From the NCBI GenBank assembly GCA_021432655.1, contig MU271593.1:1-41007 (forward strand): a stretch of DNA of 41,007 nucleotides, written 5' to 3'. Below the pieces are notes generated by a model that searched no databases, was not told where the DNA came from, and saw nothing but the letters and a program-made list of their open reading frames with translations. Each line of letters opens with the position of its first letter. Positions within the stretch are counted from its first letter, which is position 1. Below, in pieces: positions 39,283 through 41,007 of the stretch. Made by a program: the position numbers and the translations under genes. Source of the DNA: Atractiella rhizophila. Lineage: Eukaryota.

Positions 39283-41007
39283 ATGTCTGAAGAAAGTAAA
39301 ATTTTGATCACCCCCCTTGGAGAGAAGAACTATGGCACCTGGTGCATCGATATGCAAGCTGAATTAATGCGAAAGGGGCTATGGGAGATTGTGTGTGGAG
39401 AGGAGAAGAAGCCTGCTGATTTGAAGGAGGGAAAGCAATGGGAAAAGGAGCGCTCTAAAGCGGCAGGAATGCTGTTCCTCAGCCTGGAATCCACCCAGAA
39501 GGCTCATGTGGTGTCTGTCATTCAAGATCCAGTCAAGATCTGGTCCACCCTTCAAGAAATCCATCAGCAGAAGAAGTCTTCCACGCGTTTTTCGTCCCTA
39601 AGCGCCCTGCTTGCTCTCCAGAAGAAAGAAGATGAATCCCTGGTCACCCTCTGTGCCAGAAGCGACCAGCTCCTTCTGGACTTCACCAATACCCTGTCCA
39701 AGGACTATTCCCTCGATAATTTGAAGGAGGATCTTCAATCCTTCGCTCTCATTCGCTCTCTGGGCCCAGAATACGCCAGTTTTGTCCAAAACATCACCCT
39801 AATGACCTCAACTGATCTCAAATCGATTAAACAAGCTTTCTTCTCGATGCAGGCCACCAGGAACTCAGAGGAAGCCATCTCAAACACCCAAATGGCGAAT
39901 CAGGCGTCCAGCAGCAACAGGGGACGTCCTGTAGGACGTGGGAGAGGTGCAAGGAATGGTGGGGGATCTGGGAGAAGGGATTGGTCACCTGTGGGAGTGC
40001 TTCAACTGCCATAAGAAGGGTCATATCGCTTCCAACTGCCCTGGAACATCTTCAGAAGGCCTCAAATTGGAACGGCATAAAGCGAAGTTTGGGAAGTTGG
40101 AAGATGTTATGGAAGCCAGAGTCGAAGGAGAAGGGGGAGAATTTGCTGGGGAGACCAGCTATGCAGCGGTAGACGATGCCATTAGTCGCCAGAGAGCTGG
40201 GACTGACTGGCCTATTGATACAGGAGCAACTTCATCAATGACTCCACATTCCCACTTCTTCAAATCCTATCAAAAACATGTTGTACCCATCAGAGTTGTG
40301 AATGGAGAAGTGATCTGGTCTACTGGGATAGGAGAAGTGGTGATTGAGGCGAAATTGGAGGATAAAAAGTCAAAGAAGGTCACCATTCACAATGTCCTAC
40401 ACGTCCCCAAATTGTGCAGCAATCTCCTATCTGTTTTCAAGCTCACAATCTTTGAAGGTGTAACTGTGACCATTATTGGGAGCAGAGTACGCTTCCTCAA
40501 GGCCGGAAATCCACGCTTTACAGCGACAGTTGATCACAGGAGAGGAAGCATGAGTGCCATCATTGATGGAAGAACACTCATGGCCTCAGAATCTGTTGCA
40601 CACGCCTCCACTACCCCTCTAAACGCTTCCCTGTGGCATAGAAGACTTGCCCACTTAAATCATGAAGATATAAAGCGAATGCTGAAGAAAAAACTTGTGA
40701 AGGGAATGATTCTGGACTCAGAAGACGCTCCTGACCCCATCTGTGAGCCCTGCATCGCTGGGAAGCAGCACAGGATCTACAACAAGGCTGCAGAGAATAG
40801 GGAGATAGAAATTATAGGAAGGATCAGCTCAGATCTTCATGGACCACTCCCAGTTGCTTCAAGAGAAGGATTTCGCTATTGGGTGACATTTGTAGACGAG
40901 GCAACAAATCACTGGACCATTGCCTTTCTGAAGAAGAAGTCAGAAGCCCCGCAGCGCTTTAAGGAGTATAAGGCGATGATGGAGACCCTGACTGGAAGGA
41001 AGATCAA
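39283..41007 (+). CDS. Copia gag-pol with one frameshift near 39993
   Basis: Gag NYGTWCIDMQAELMRKGLWEIV; in the +1 frame CFNCHKKGHIASNC (CCHC), WPIDTGATSSM (protease), NVLHVPKLCSNLLSV, LWHRRLAH..CEPC, SDLHGP..YWVTFVDE (integrase). Confidence 0.9.

Larger units (their letters stand above)
38865..41007 (+). mobile_element. Ty1/Copia LTR retrotransposon, 5' part (continues beyond window)
   Basis: 5' LTR about 38865-39084 (TGTTGG...CTCA), PBS directly after, then gag, protease and integrase in Copia order. Confidence 0.95.

Overview
Intron-rich fungal DNA, most likely basidiomycete (short GT-AG introns, an Upa1-like gene, fungal-type CACTA and Copia elements). Positions 1-26.5 kb are gene-dense: a TAP-like alpha/beta hydrolase (cut by the window start), an intronless patatin-like phospholipase, a divergent TAH18/NDOR1, a large coiled-coil protein, NHP6, PEX6, a TUL1/Dsc1-type RING E3 ligase, MCM10 and SET2, several in head-to-head pairs. 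From the end of SET2 the window becomes repeat-rich: solo LTRs, a decayed CACTA (tnp2) transposase, a LINE-like RT scrap, nested Copia relics, a near-intact Copia element running off the window end, and an ankyrin-DysF-FYVE (Upa1-like) gene among them. The most unusual structure is at the SET2 3' end. A 275-bp segment including the last intron is duplicated exactly 1843 bp downstream. The two copies then continue into two old, synonymously diverged but protein-conserved versions of the SRI-domain end, and they enclose a spliced pseudogene of unknown function. This resembles a cassette that replaces a gene end (as WHO elements do at FBA1 in yeasts) or a fused boundary of two old haplotypes. Exon boundaries were inferred by eye and start codons are provisional.
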